From Octopus sinensis (taxonomy: Eukaryota): a DNA stretch of 64,000 nucleotides. Shown here piece after piece: positions 38,719 to 52,148 of this stretch; within the stretch, counting starts at the first letter, position 1; every line of letters starts with the position of its first letter. The stretch is from assembly GCF_006345805.1 (NCBI RefSeq), contig NC_043007.1, positions 75,764,001 through 75,828,000 on the forward strand, read 5' to 3'. The position numbers were made by a program, and so were the translations under genes. The notes beneath the pieces were generated by a model. It was given only the letters and a program-made list of their open reading frames with translations, ran no database searches and was not told the DNA's origin.

Positions 38719-39180
38719 TTAGTATAAAAGATGGGCTACAGCAAATATTCTGCTCAAAACTACAGATTTGCTTGTCAGTTGCTTGACCTCAGACACTTGG
38801 TGGTTGACGATATGTGCATCTCTGATCACGTGCAGGATTAGTGGGAGGGGGCATAACAGCCATGCGTAGAAAGAAATTCTTTGGAGTTTCAATAATTCAC
38901 TTCTGGAAACATGGGTGTTTCGCTCAACATCCTTAAACAACCCTTATTCAAGGACCATTTGATTGGGAGGGGTTACTCGACCTGAAGAAAACTCTAACTG
39001 GGCTCCACCCGCAAGGTCATACACTGTTTATCTTGATATGAGATCACCATGTCGCGCACACATGTCTGTGATGCATGTGTCTGGTGTACCGTTATCAGAC
39101 GGGTAGTCATGATGGGTATACTGGGCTTCGAATATTTGTACCCCAGTGCCACTTTGATGGCAAGCGCTGCTCTCTCACTC
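38719..39180. mobile_element. (AAT)n-associated element, fourth copy
   Basis: Ends ...GCTCTCTCACTC-(AAT)n. Confidence 0.8.
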
Positions 39181-39240
<60 letters not shown>

Positions 39241-40129
39241 CAACTAGTCCAGTTTTGTGAGGGCACATGGTAGGCGTAGCATAGGTAGTAGCATTCGCGT
39301 TGCCCCTCGCTGGCCGTCGTGACCGGAAATGTAGTACAGTAAGGAAGGGAACTAAAAATATATAAAATGAGAGGGAAATATGACAAATATTGCAAAACTC
39401 TTTATTTTTTATAGAATTTACGTAACATTCCAAACAGGCACTATCATTGCTTTGTCTACATGGGCCATAATCAGATCGTAATATGAGTAAAATTGAAGAA
39501 ATGTCCATGCTAAGAGGGTTATTCTTCGAGGTAATAAAGAAAATGCAGTAATCCCTCGACTATCGCGGGTTTTACGTTACAAAATCCCCGCGATAGGTGA
39601 AAATCCGCAAAGTAGAAACAGTACTGTATATATATTTTATTATTCTTATAACTTGTATATATTAATTTTATTATAAATTCAAAACAACACCACGGAGGAA
39701 TCGATGTAAGCTTAAATAATAAACCGCGATAGGTGAACCGCGAGAGGCTGAGGGACTTCTGTAAGACAATAATGTTTAATGGTTGTAAATAAGGTCGAAC
39801 ATTTTGAAAAGCAGAGGGTGGGGTAGGGATGGGGTGGATGTGTAAAGTATGGATAGTGCTAGATGTGGAAATATCGGCAGTGCTAGAAGTTTACAGGGCA
39901 AATGAAGAATGAAGAAAAGAAAGCAGAGTTGAACGGTGGTTTACGACAGACAAATTAAAAGTGGTCGAATCTCGTAGGCGATCGCCTAACACTTTATTCT
40001 GAAGCATATGTATATTTAGTCCTAACAAAAGGCTACTAGAATTGCGATGCCTATGCCGAATCATAATACATATATAATTACATACACACAAACACGCACA
40101 GACCAGCACGCGCACACACACATACACGC

Positions 40130-40239
<110 letters not shown>

Positions 40240-40276
40240 CATGTGTGTGTGTGTGTGTGTGTGTGTGAGAGTGCGT

Positions 40277-40564
40277 GAAGGCCCATGGCTCAGTGGTTAG
40301 AGCGTCGAGCTTACGATCGTGAGGTTGTGAGTTCGAGTCCCGGACAGGGGGCTGCGTGTTGTGTCCTTGAGCAAGACACTTTATTTCACGTTGCTCCAGT
40401 CCACTCACCTGTAGAAACGAGTTGCGACGTCACAAGTGCCAAGCCGTATCTGGTGTTGCCTTTCCCTTGGATATTACTGGTGGCATGGAGAGGGGAGGCC
40501 GGTATGCATGGGCGATTGCTGGCCTTCCATAAACAACCTTGCCCGGACTTGTGCCTGGGGAGGG

Positions 40565-40570
<6 letters not shown>
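40277..40570 (+). mobile_element. tRNA-derived SINE (family C-like)
   Basis: TGGCTCAGTGGTTAGAGC (A box), GAGTTCGAGTCCC (B box), TTGTGTCCTTGAGCAAGACAC. Confidence 0.8.
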
Positions 40571-40600
<30 letters not shown>

Positions 40601-40759
40601 TACACACACACAAACACATACACACACATATCACTTTTAAATTATCTCGACAGATTTTTCTATAGAAATTAGAGATTGCACTGAAAGTTACAACGTTTTG
40701 TGTAGGCAATGCGATCGAATATTTAAAAAAAATAGGTAATTGGTGTATATGCATATTCC

Positions 40760-41430
40760 GGGAGTTATTGCTCTTTATTTAGCACCACATCTAACCTATT
40801 AACTATCCAGAAACATATTGCTTAAAAACCCAGTAAATTTAGTTTAACTAATTTAGATATTAAAAACATTCCTGACAACTGGCATGTACTTATTAATTGC
40901 TGCTAGAGGCAACGCATTTCGTTTTGCAACCATACTATACTACCAAGTATATTAAAATATGTGGTCTTTGTTAAGGTATTCCTGTGAGTGAAGACTAACT
41001 CTTATATGAAATCCGTTACTCTTTTGAGCAGGATATCTCGCAATTTACTTGTCTTCAGATTATACTAACTGTAATGTCCCTTGGACCAAAAGGTCTCTGA
41101 GATGTAAGTCTACAAGAATTTTCTGAAAATATGTGTAGGGATTGTGGGTTTGTGTAGGGTTGGAATGTGCATAAGGGTATTATACGAGTAGGGTTTTTTG
41201 AGGGTGATGAGCATGCTGGGCTGGTGTCCGAACGCTTAAGGCCGTGTTTGGGCGAATACGTGTCTGCGTATTCGATGTGTATAATTTGATAAAACTCTTT
41301 GCTGGGTTCCCAGGGTATGGTGATGAAAGTATCGAAAGTAGAGAACTGGTAATTATAATAATGATGGGACCTATAGGTACGATAAAATAAACCTTCTTTC
41401 ATGTGGGTAAAGATTAACATTCTCACTTCT
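40760..41430 (-). mobile_element. Degraded Penelope-like RT/linker fragment
   Basis: LIFTHMKEGLFYRTYRSHHYYNY...IPWEPSK...FQPYTNPQS resembles the PLE thumb and linker region. Confidence 0.45.
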
Positions 41431-41526
41431 GCAGTTTAGGTCAGTGTCTAGTTCTTTCACACATACGTTTATGTATATTCTTACCAACATGCAAATATAC
41501 ACTTATAAACGTATTTACAGTGACCC

Positions 41527-41572
<46 letters not shown>

Positions 41573-42090
41573 GGTAAAATAAAACATTCTTTTCTTTCCA
41601 TCTTTTTCTCTTTCTTCTCCACTTTTTAAAAAAAGCTCAATATGACTGAACTTTCAACAATGTACATTTCTTATGATCTTCACCGATTTTCACATTTATA
41701 TTACTATCTATTCCTGTGAAACTCACTGAAATTTCTGTGAAAATTAAAACATTCGATCGTTTCAATATGCTTGTTCGATCTTTACCTTGTAACTTTAAAC
41801 TCTCCTAATCCCTTTATTTATAAATTTGTACTATTGCAAAAACTTAGCAGAAACCGGTTTGGTAATGTGAATAAATTTATTACAAAATTTTAAAATGACT
41901 CCACGTTTTGAGATTCAGGTGCAGTTTCAAACTGCAAAACAAATTCTATATTTTTTCCTGCGTTGGAATACGCTTCTTCTTTCCACGCACGTGCGCGCAG
42001 GCACGCACACGCACAATATATTTATATTATTTACATGTGTATGTGTATATGTATGTATGTGTGTGTGTGTATATATATATGTATATATAT

Positions 42091-42139
<49 letters not shown>

Positions 42140-42685
42140 ATCTATTATATAAAATCGTTCTGTCTGTCTGTGTGTGTGTGTGTCTTCTAGGATCTCGGGC
42201 ATCCTCCATCCGATTGCGCTCAAATTTGATGTGTAGATGCCGACGGTATCAAGACGTGTATAAGTCTTGAAAAAGCTTCAAAATCGATTCCAGGTGAGAA
42301 TGCCATCGATAAATTCGTGGGATCGTGCATTTGTACACGCAAGTATATCAGCTGTTGTGATCGATACTACGTGTACGGGAGAAAAATGCACATGCAGTTT
42401 GCGCAAAAAAAGCACACTGGCTTGAAATAATGCCACAAAATGCATTATATTTAAGAGACCAAAAAAGTAAGATGCAAACGAGATATTTTCTTCAAACTTG
42501 GCATGAAGGAAGGAAAGACTATTTGGTTTCTCAAGAAGCATTTTGTTGCCTTAACTTCGTTTAACAAAACCCAAATTTTATTGAAATAAAGGTATGCTTA
42601 ATTTTTTAATGAAAAGAAAACACTGATTGCTTTTTATTCAGCAGATATGATTCAGCAACGTCCATTGGACGGGGGGCGTTTTACT

Positions 42686-42720
<35 letters not shown>

Positions 42721-43034
42721 CATATAGACATTCACACACGCACGTGTAAATATACATACATGCAAAGAAATAAGGACGGTTAAAGTGTCAACAAATCTGA
42801 TATGTATTCCACTGGTGATGTCTTGCATAATTTTTTTATTGAATGTATCCTAGTACATATTATAGCACCACTTAAAGGAGTTTGATATCGAACCTATATA
42901 TCTATTGTCAGTTTAATTTATGGCATTGTACTGTTACTTAGGTATATTGTTCCTTAATATATGCGTTTTTAATATTATAGCTACTATATTTACTTCTAGT
43001 ATTAGTATTTATAGTATTTCTTTTATATTTGATT

Positions 43035-43730
43035 ATCCATCCATCCAGCGACCCATCCGTCTTCTCTGTCCATTATTCTTGAGAGGGTTGTGGGAAAAAG
43101 AGTCGTCAGGCACTTCCTACACGGGTTTCCATCAGAAGCAACTGTCAAACTTTCCAGCTAGATTCGCAAGTGAGATCAACCGAGACTGAATATTATCCAA
43201 TTGCCTTGTTCTTGGCCTAACCCTCGGTCTTCTGCCAGTTGGCTTGGCTTGAAGAATCTGTGTTGTGATTCTTTCCTGTGATAGTCTAATTATGTATCCA
43301 TAGTACTGGAACTGTGACCGCTCAACATGTAGAAGTAGCAGATTGACTTAGAGAGATTCTCTCATCTCTCAGCTATGCATCCTGTCAAATAACATTATTC
43401 CAGACAATCTTCAAAGAAACCGTAGTTTGACTGCATATGTTTGCGATCGTACGAAAACTAAATTGAAGATAACGAGTGGGTTTTTTTGTCAACTTCTCTT
43501 CTGAGGATCAAATACTGCAGCTGGGGCATTACTATGTCAGCACCTGCAATTCTTGCATCCAATTCACTTCCTGTCATCTATCACTCATGACTATGGCTCT
43601 GAGATACTTAAACTTCTCCACTCGTCTCAGTGATGTTCCACTTGCATGAAGAGTGCACCGGGAAGAATTTCTTGAGAGAATCAATCTCGCTTTGCAACAT
43701 TAATTTTCATCCTTGCCTTGTAGCACTTGG
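43035..43730 (-). mobile_element. RTE LINE 3' fragment with (GGAT)n tail
   Basis: RMKINVAK, RVEKFKYLR motifs on the minus strand; stops present. Confidence 0.65.
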
Positions 43731-43883
43731 CAGGGAACCTGGATTGTTATTTTTATTATATTTCTTGGCTATATTTTGGAAATAGGATATCTCCTACTAC
43801 GTTAGCACACACACACACACAAACACACACACGTGTGTATATATTATACACATGTATACATATGTATGTATACATATACATAA

Positions 43884-43919
<36 letters not shown>

Positions 43920-43937
43920 ATATATATATATAATATA

Positions 43938-43993
<56 letters not shown>

Positions 43994-43994
43994 A

Positions 43995-44875
43995 TACATA
44001 TATATATATATATTAATAACAAAAGGGTAAAATTAATTATTTAATTAATCAATTTATTAATTAATAATTTTACTAGGTAGATCGGTACGTTAAAATAACC
44101 TTTAAAGACCATAAGGATAATTTTTACTCAAATCCCCAATAAGATTAATATGCCTTAGTAAATTAATATTTGATAAATATATAGTGAAATTAAATAAGTT
44201 AGGTAACCTTAAACTCTGGAATTGTACCCGGGATACTATAAAATGGTTTAACAATATTAAGGATAAAAATAGATGTAAATTCCTTCAAATTGATATAGAG
44301 ACTCATTATTCATCTATAAATGAAGTGGTTTTAAATAAGGCCCTATCATATGCCATGAGAAAGGTAAATATGTCATTTGAAGAAGTAAAAGTGGTGTTGG
44401 CTGCGAGGAAGTCTATTATAAAATATAAAGATAAACTATGGGCAAGAAAAGACACTAGAGATTGTTTAGATATACCCATGGGTACACTGAGTACATCTTA
44501 TAGAGTTTCTACCCATGCCTCTACTACAGATCGAGGAGGGCCATCTACCTGATGGGATTTGTGGTTTGCCTGCCTTCCTAGTTAGGACTTTGGTTTTAGC
44601 TAGGTTGACTCTAAGGCCCTTTGATTCTAACCCTTGTTTCCACACCTGAAACTTCTCGAGTTCTTGATTCAGTCGAGGTTACTGATCTTGTAGGTTTACA
44701 TATCTTATCTAAACTAGAAATAGAATTTATGAATATAGAAGGTGGTCTTTATAGGGACGACCTGCTACTTATAACTAGGAATTGTACTAATAGGTCATTA
44801 GAATGTCTTAAGAAGAAAATGTACAAGTTCTTTAAGAATAATGGCCTAGGGATATCTATAGAGAACGAGCACAGA
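43995..44875 (+). mobile_element. PLE reverse-transcriptase fragment (Naiad-like) between microsatellites
   Basis: WNCTRDTIKWF, KFLQIDIETHYSSI, ARKSII, DIPMG..LDSVEVTDLVGLHILSKL, GLYRDD; the clade label is recalled from the MGSYDGAEVCELVG motif. Confidence 0.8.
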
Positions 44876-44879
44876 CACA

Positions 44880-44915
<36 letters not shown>

Positions 44916-45491
44916 TGTATGTATGTATGTATAGTTGAAATTTACAGAAAAACAAGACGAAGACAGGTGTATAAACAACAAGCACGTGTATTAGTTTGAT
45001 ACTTGGGAAAGTGAGAAAGTCTTTTACATTTTGACCCAATGCTCTTCAACAGAAAAGTAACACGAGGACACGAGGAAATAAATATATAATAGAAATACAT
45101 ACATATATATGTGTGTGTATGTGTGTATACATACACACACACACACTTATATATATATATAAAACTGAGAATGTGAGTCTGTCAGTCTGTCTGTGTGTGC
45201 ATCACTAAAACTCGAGAACTACAGAACTGATTTCATTCAAATTTTACACATACCTTACTTAGAGTCCATGCAGTTTCATGGGGGCCATAATAACTTTCAA
45301 CGTCTTACCTAATGCAATCTCTAATTTCCAGAGCAATCTCTTATCTCTTACACTATTTCAGTATTACGTGTCAAAAGTGAAACAATAACATCTCTATTGT
45401 AATGCGAAATAATACTTTCAGTTTTAATAGTGAGACTATTAATACTGAAACTATTATCTCACATATGCACATGCATACATACGTACATACA

Positions 45492-45576
<85 letters not shown>

Positions 45577-45586
45577 ATAATAAATA

Positions 45587-45783
45587 TTAGGGAATAAATC
45601 GAAATTTACAGGGAAAAAATCAGATTTAGGATTAAATCCAATTTTATAGTAAAATATTATATAATATTAATTCGAGACAAAACCACTATTTGTAGTGGCG
45701 GTTTATTTACTTTATATTAAAATTTTTATGTATTGATTAAGTCTTTCCTTGTTTGTTTTGCAAAATAGTGGTTTTGTCTCGAA

Positions 45784-45790
<7 letters not shown>
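45587..45790. mobile_element. (TA)n-abutting terminal fragment with fold-back
   Basis: Terminus shared with 28720 and 46355; ATTAATTCGAGACAAAACCACTATTT is inverted at ~45764-45789. Confidence 0.7.
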
Positions 45791-45865
<75 letters not shown>

Positions 45866-45879
45866 ATATATATATATAT

Positions 45880-46097
45880 AAAGTTAATCCAAACATGAAA
45901 ACACAAAGAGAAAACACAACAACGCGAGGACGTGGAACAAATATAGTACTATTGGACGCTCAGGAAGGCAGGGAATAAGGAGAGTTTAACATTTCGAGCG
46001 GAGCTCTTCGTCAGAAGCATAGGAAAAGGAAAGATCCAGAGAAGGGAAAACGGAGGGAAAAAAATCGCCAACGGTACACACGCGGTCACATTTTGAA
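45880..46097 (-). mobile_element. PLE terminal repeat carrying hammerhead H3-family copy (45985-46017)
   Basis: Reverse strand GCTT-CTGACGA-A-GAGC tcc GCTC-GAAA-TGTT-AAAC. Confidence 0.7.
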
Positions 46098-46148
46098 TCA
46101 TATATATATACACATACATACATTACATATATACATATATACATGCAT

Positions 46149-46186
<38 letters not shown>

Positions 46187-46238
46187 CACATATGCATGTG
46201 CTTGTTATATTCACAAAGGAAAGAAAAAGATAAATATA

Positions 46239-46351
<113 letters not shown>

Positions 46352-46767
46352 AAAATATTAGGGAATAAATCCAAACTTACAGGGAAAAATCAGATTTAGG
46401 ATTGAATCCAATTTTATAGTAAAATATTATATTATATTAAATTAGAGATAAAACCACTATTAGGCAAATCATACAATGAAAAACTTAAGCCAATACATAA
46501 GATTAATTAATTTATATTATTTTAAATATATATCAAAATTATTGAAAAAAGATAATTAGTATAACACTACGATCGTTTCATGGCTGTCCAATTCTTAAAA
46601 TTTCGAGTTACAGTCATTCTTCAGGTGATTTAAATATTTAACTTAGTTAAACGATCGTAGTGTTATACTAATTATCTTTTTTTAATAATTTTGATGTATA
46701 TTTAAAATAATATAAAATAATTAATCTTATGTATTGGCTTAAGTTTTTCATTGTATGATTTGCCTAA
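46352..46767. mobile_element. (TA)n-flanked element with ~118-bp fold-back
   Basis: Arms ~46460-46578 and 46649-46767; the loop holds the hammerhead core. Confidence 0.85.
46565..46627 (-). ncRNA. Type I hammerhead ribozyme H6
   Basis: CAC-CTGAAGA-ATGACTGT...ACAGCCAT-GAAA-CGATCG-TA-GTG; palindromic ACGATCGT, GUA triplet. Confidence 0.8.
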
Positions 46768-46838
<71 letters not shown>

Positions 46839-46891
46839 TGTATATATATGTATGAGTGTATGTGTGTGTGTATATATATACATATATGGAA

Positions 46892-47264
46892 GCACTCCGT
46901 CGGTTACGACGACGAGGGTTCCGGTTGATCCGAATCAACGGAACAGCCTGCTCGTGAAATTAACGTGCAAGTGGCTGAGCACTCCACAGACACGTGTACC
47001 CTTAACGTAGTTCTCGGGGATATTCAGCGTGACACAGAGAGTGACAAGGCCGGCCCTTTGAAATACAGGTACAACGGAAACAGGAAGTAAGAGAAAGTTG
47101 TGGTGAAAGAGTACAGCAGGGATTACCACCATCCCCTGCCGGAGTTTCGTGGAGCTTTTAGGTGTTTTCGCTCAATAAACACTCACAACGCCCGGTCTGG
47201 GAATCGAAACCGCGATCCTATGACCGCGAGTCCGCTGCCCTAACCACTGGGCCATTGCGCCTCC
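46892..47264 (-). mobile_element. tRNA-derived SINE, apparently young full-length copy
   Basis: GGAGGCGCAATGGCCCAGTGGTTAGGGCAGCGGACTCGCGGTCATAGGATCGCGGTTTCGATTCCCAGACCGGGCG head. Confidence 0.85.
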
Positions 47265-47308
47265 ACTGTATATACATATATACATAAGTGTCTACACACA
47301 TATATATA

Positions 47309-47392
<84 letters not shown>

Positions 47393-47612
47393 CGTGTGTG
47401 TGTAATAAATTTTTAAATAATAGCTTATATTTAAATAAACAGTCCGCGAATGATAAAAATTAAAATAAACACAGGAACTAAGCTTGAAATGAAATGTACC
47501 CTCACCATTTGTAAATAGACTAACTCCATACATGTGATGCATAGTGAATCATAACCCCGTTAAATATATAAAAGTTAAGTTAACTAAAAATATATATAAT
47601 AAACCTAAACGT

Positions 47613-47789
47613 AGACGTAGTGGCAGTGTGGTAAGTAGCTTGCTTACGAACCACATGGTTCTAGGTTCAGTCCCACTGTGTGGCACCTTGGGCAAGTATC
47701 TGCTACTATAGCCTCGGGCCGATCAAAGCCTTGTGAATGAATTTGGTAGACGGAAACTGAAAGAAGCCCGTCGTATATATGTATATATA

Positions 47790-47820
<31 letters not shown>

Positions 47821-48024
47821 CTGTGTGTGTGTGCGCGTGTATGTTTGTGTGTCTGTGTTTGTCCCCCAACATCGCTTGACAACCAATAGAATAAGTATAA
47901 GAGACTGATAGAATAAGTACTAGGCTTACAAAGAATAAGACCTGCGGTCGATTTGCTCGACTAAAGGCGGTGCTCCAGCATGGCCACAGTCAAATGACTG
48001 AAACAAGTAAAAGAGTAAAGAGTA
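47613..48024 (+). mobile_element. SINE family B
   Basis: Matches 7190-7685. Confidence 0.85.
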
Positions 48025-48436
48025 TCAATAAATAAAACTAATACATCTAAATAAATAAAATTTGTAATAGGAATTGGAATTCTTACAACTGAGATTTGGA
48101 TTCTTGCTAATATATATATCTTTATTTTTATAGCTTTCACGAGTAGAGAAAGAAGTGGTAACCAGCCTCTATAGAACTGATCTAAATTCCATTAAAGGGA
48201 CACAGTTCCTCAAAACTACAAATATTGTCCACTATAATTGTAGTTTAACTTCAGGCTATTTTTAAGAAAGGAATCTAAAAGACACACATGCTGACACAAA
48301 CAAACACACGAATGCATGCTGCTTTTTCAGTTGGTGAGCAACACTCCATCCATTAGGATGGGAATGAATTTAGTGAAATGAAAAGTGTCTATTGGGTGGA
48401 TGTCTAGCCTGTTAGGGTGTGTGTATGTGTGTGTGT

Positions 48437-48474
<38 letters not shown>

Positions 48475-48585
48475 TGCGCTTGTGTGTTTGTGTGTTGGTG
48501 AGTGCATTTGTGTATATCTTGGTCAAACTCACAGATGCACATATGCCCTAACAGATATCTATACAATAGACAATCTCCCTGCCAG

Positions 48586-48623
<38 letters not shown>

Positions 48624-48911
48624 ATATATATATATTATATAAATATATTAATAAATATAATAAAACATATGCATATATATAAACATATATGTACGTACCT
48701 ACCTCTACATGTACATATACACGCATATATGAGTACAGGACACCAAAGGACGTCGAACACAATGTGAAACGAAAACATAGACACAAACAAAGGAACTGGA
48801 CATTTTTTTTAAAACAGCCAAAAATAGAGTACAGGACAATTAACACAAAGAAAAAAAAACCTCTTCAGTCGCTATGGTTTCATCTACTCTACGTTTCGAA
48901 GGATAAAAGTG

Positions 48912-48957
<46 letters not shown>

Positions 48958-49554
48958 TAAATTGGAGATAAAACCACTATTATGCAACTCAAACAGTGAT
49001 AGACTAAACCAATACATAAATAACAAATAATATATATTTTTATAAAACATATAACTTATAACTAGATCTCAAAAAGTATAAAATGAATTATCAATGTGTA
49101 GGCACACACACACCACACACACATTTTGTGGGAAATATTTTCCAAGGCAGTACGACTGCACCTGATTCTTCAAATGCGTCAGTTCTCTGTATGTACATAT
49201 ATTTACTAGATTGCTGGCATCAATTAATGGTTTCTCCCATTGTGCTGATGTACCATTTTGTGTCATTAGTAAAACTGTCAGCATTTTTTATGACATGCAT
49301 ATACTTGTGGTTATATAATACTATACACTTCAGTTAATATGCCCACTCTATAAACATGTTTTTTCCGACTTACGAATTCTTAGATGGCTATACACAAAAC
49401 ACACACACTCTCTCTCTCTCACAACACATACATACATACATACTATTTTACATATCATACATACATACATTACATTACATACATACATACATACATACAT
49501 ACATCACACATACATACATACATACTCATACATACATACATTACATACATACAT

Positions 49555-49990
49555 AAATGATGGCCGTCCACTCGTGACGAGGAAGACCATTGGACCTTCA
49601 GGAACATTGTGCGTCTAGGATTAACGTATATTTTGCATTTGCGGCTTGCGTTGGTGGCTAATGAGCCCTGCTCTTGACAAACATATACGACTGCAAACAT
49701 GCAGACCATGCTTTCCCCATTCATATACGAGCCGTGCGCTTTCGCGCAGCTCGCTTAAGTTCTCTGCTGGATACGTGCTCTCTCAAAAGTGTCGATCCCC
49801 TCCTTAACCTGCTTCCTCCATCTGTGGCGATGACAGCATTGTTCTCCCAGTCAGTGTCCTGCATATCAAAGGCCTTTAACGAGGACTTGACACAGTCCTT
49901 AAATCGCAGCCTTGGTTTCTGCTGCAGTCTCCTTCCATTCACAAGTTCTCCATAGAGCATCTGCTTTGGAATCCTTCTATCCTCCATTCT
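49555..49990 (-). mobile_element. RTE (BovB-like) 3' fragment
   Basis: MEDRRIPKQMLYGELVNGRRLQQKPRLRFKDCVKSSLK. Confidence 0.8.
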
Positions 49991-50149
49991 ACATACATAC
50001 ATATATACATACATACATACATACATACATACATACATACATACATACATACATCTGTATATATAAGGTAAGGAGAGGAGCTTCAGCCAGGTTCTTCACA
50101 GGCCAGACACATAGGTTTAAAATCTTCTGTGAAGGTAACAGTGACAGGG

Positions 50150-50490
50150 TAAGTGATGTGGGCATACTTCTTGGTTGGATAAGGTCATAGAGGTTGTCCA
50201 GAAGAGAAATAACTGCGCTAGTATGGTTATGTGATGCGTATTGATGAGGACAGCTGGTGTGAAGTGCTCATCTCTGACAGTAGAGGGGATCTGTGGAAGA
50301 GGAAGACCCAGGAAGACATCGGACGAGGTGGTGAAGCACGATCTCCCAACGCTGGGCATCACGGAAGCAATGGCTGCTGACTGAGACCTTTGGTGATATG
50401 CCATGTTTGAGAAGACCCATCAAGCCAAGTGAAAATGCAATCATGGCCGATGCCAGTGTCACATAACTGGCACTCGGGCCGGTGGCATAT
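50150..50490 (+). mobile_element. RTE 3' fragment
   Basis: WYGYVMRIDEDSWCEVLISDSRGDLWKRKT.. and the tail shared with 2520-2660. Confidence 0.7.
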
Positions 50491-50494
50491 CATT

Positions 50495-50900
50495 TGAAAA
50501 AGTAAAAGTGGTATTGGCTGCGAGGAAATCTATCATAAAATATAAAGATAAGCTATGGGCAAGAAAAGACACTAAAGATTGTTTTGATATACCCATGGGT
50601 ACACTGGGTATATCTTATAGAGTTTCTACCTACGCCTATACTACAGATCGAGCAGAGCCATCTACCTGAAGGGATTTATGGTTTGCCTGCCTTCCTACTT
50701 AGGACTTTGGTTTTAGCTAGGTTGACTCTAAGGCCCTTTGATTCTAATCCTTGTTTCCACACCTAAAACTTCTCCTCGAGTTCTGGATTCAGCCGAGGTT
50801 ACTGATTTCGTAGGTTTATATCTCTTATCTAAACTAGAAATAGAATTTATGAATATAGAGGGTGGTCTTTATAGGGACGACCTACTACTTATAACTAGGT
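50495..50900 (+). mobile_element. Second copy of the Naiad-like RT segment
   Basis: Closely similar to ~44375-44780, including the insertion in the MG..D motif. Confidence 0.85.
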
Positions 50901-51315
50901 GTTGGGCGATATGCTGTGCTTGAGAAGACCCGTCAAGCCAAGTAAAATCATATTCGCGTAACTGGCACCTGTGCTAGTGACATGTAAAAAGTACTTTTCG
51001 AACTCTGGGCTTCACGAAGGCCGTGACAAGTGACTGAGAAATTTGGGAATATACTGTGCTTGAGAAGACCTGTCAAGCCAAGTTAGATTGTAGTCATGGT
51101 TGATGCCTGTGTTTCGTAACCAGCACCTGTGTTGGTGGCACTTACAAAGCACCCACTTCACTCTTGGAGTGGTTGGTGTTATGAAGGACATCCAGCCACG
51201 CCAAATCAGATTGAAACCTGGCGCAGCTCCCCAGCTTAGCAGTTTTCAGTCAAACCGCCCAACGCATGCCAGCATGGAAACGGACGTTAAATGATGATGA
51301 TGATGACGATGATAT
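50900..51315 (+). mobile_element. RTE 3' tail with (GAT)n
   Basis: Same tail as 269-788. Confidence 0.75.
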
Positions 51316-51324
51316 ATATATATA

Positions 51325-51537
51325 AAGTTAATCCAAACAAGAAAGTACAAAAAAAAAACCCACAACAACGCGAGGACGTGGAACAAATATAGTATTATTG
51401 GACGCTCAGGAAAGAAGGAAAGAAGGAGGGTTTAACGTTTCGAGCGGAGCTCTTCGTCGGAAACATAGGAGAAGGAAAGATCCAGAGAAGGGAAGACAGC
51501 GGAAAAAAAATCGCCAACTGTACACACGAGGTCATAT
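51325..51537 (-). mobile_element. PLE terminal repeat with H3-family hammerhead (51430-51464, U4C change)
   Basis: Reverse strand GTTT-CCGACGA-A-GAGC tcc GCTC-GAAA-CG-TT-AAAC. Confidence 0.7.
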
Positions 51538-51974
51538 TATATGTATGTATATATATATATATATTATATATATATATATATATATAATATATATATATTT
51601 CAGTTCTTGACCGTTAATTCTTGCTATCTCTCTCTCTCTGCCTTCCACACACACTTTCACGCATTCAATGACGCACACACACACACATTAAGGCAATTTT
51701 ACACACTCATACATTCGAGCACTCATTTATAAAATAAATCAAATATAAACACCAATCATACAGAATACATTCACTCTCTTTAAGTTTCCTATACCTTCCT
51801 TCTCCTACCTTGATTCTGCCCTTGAACTATGTCAACGGACAATTTCTTCTGCTTTCATCCAATCTAGCCTCAAACCCTATAAATAGACATTATTTATCAT
51901 TATTTTTATGGGCTCCTCGTGAGCAGTCGTCGAAAAGCTTGTTGTGCATTTTGTTGGAGAATTAAGTTCCTGGA

Positions 51975-52058
51975 TTTTCCTGAAGAGAAAGCTGCATAAT
52001 GGACTCCTTATTCACTCGGAATTAGGGGCTTTGCAGACTTCGAAACATATGTCGAAAA
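51975..52058 (+). ncRNA. Type I hammerhead ribozyme H8
   Basis: TTTTC-CTGAAGA-GAAagCTGCA...TGCAGacTTC-GAAA-CATATG-TC-GAAAA; 5-bp stem I, palindromic ACATATGT, GUC triplet; (TA)n begins ~62 nt after the cleavage site. Confidence 0.85.
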
Positions 52059-52110
52059 TAAAATAAAGGAATTTTGTTAAATCTTCGTTCAGCTCCATTC
52101 TTTCCTATAC

Positions 52111-52148
<38 letters not shown>

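Noticed and set aside
39260-39345. GC-rich segment with plus-strand donor CA|GTAAGG
   Set aside because: Poor acceptor, stops in upstream frames and several equally open frames; cannot support an exon.
44070-44112. Very degenerate U3-A8-like hammerhead next to the Naiad-like RT
   Set aside because: Too many core mismatches to support.
47190-47264. tRNA gene (also 7190, 18147, 40277, 47613)
   Set aside because: SINE heads continuing into SINE bodies; not standalone tRNAs.
48850-48905. GAAACGTAGAGT and CTGAAGA on the minus strand
   Set aside because: The motifs are in the wrong order with no pairing; at most a truncated ribozyme half.
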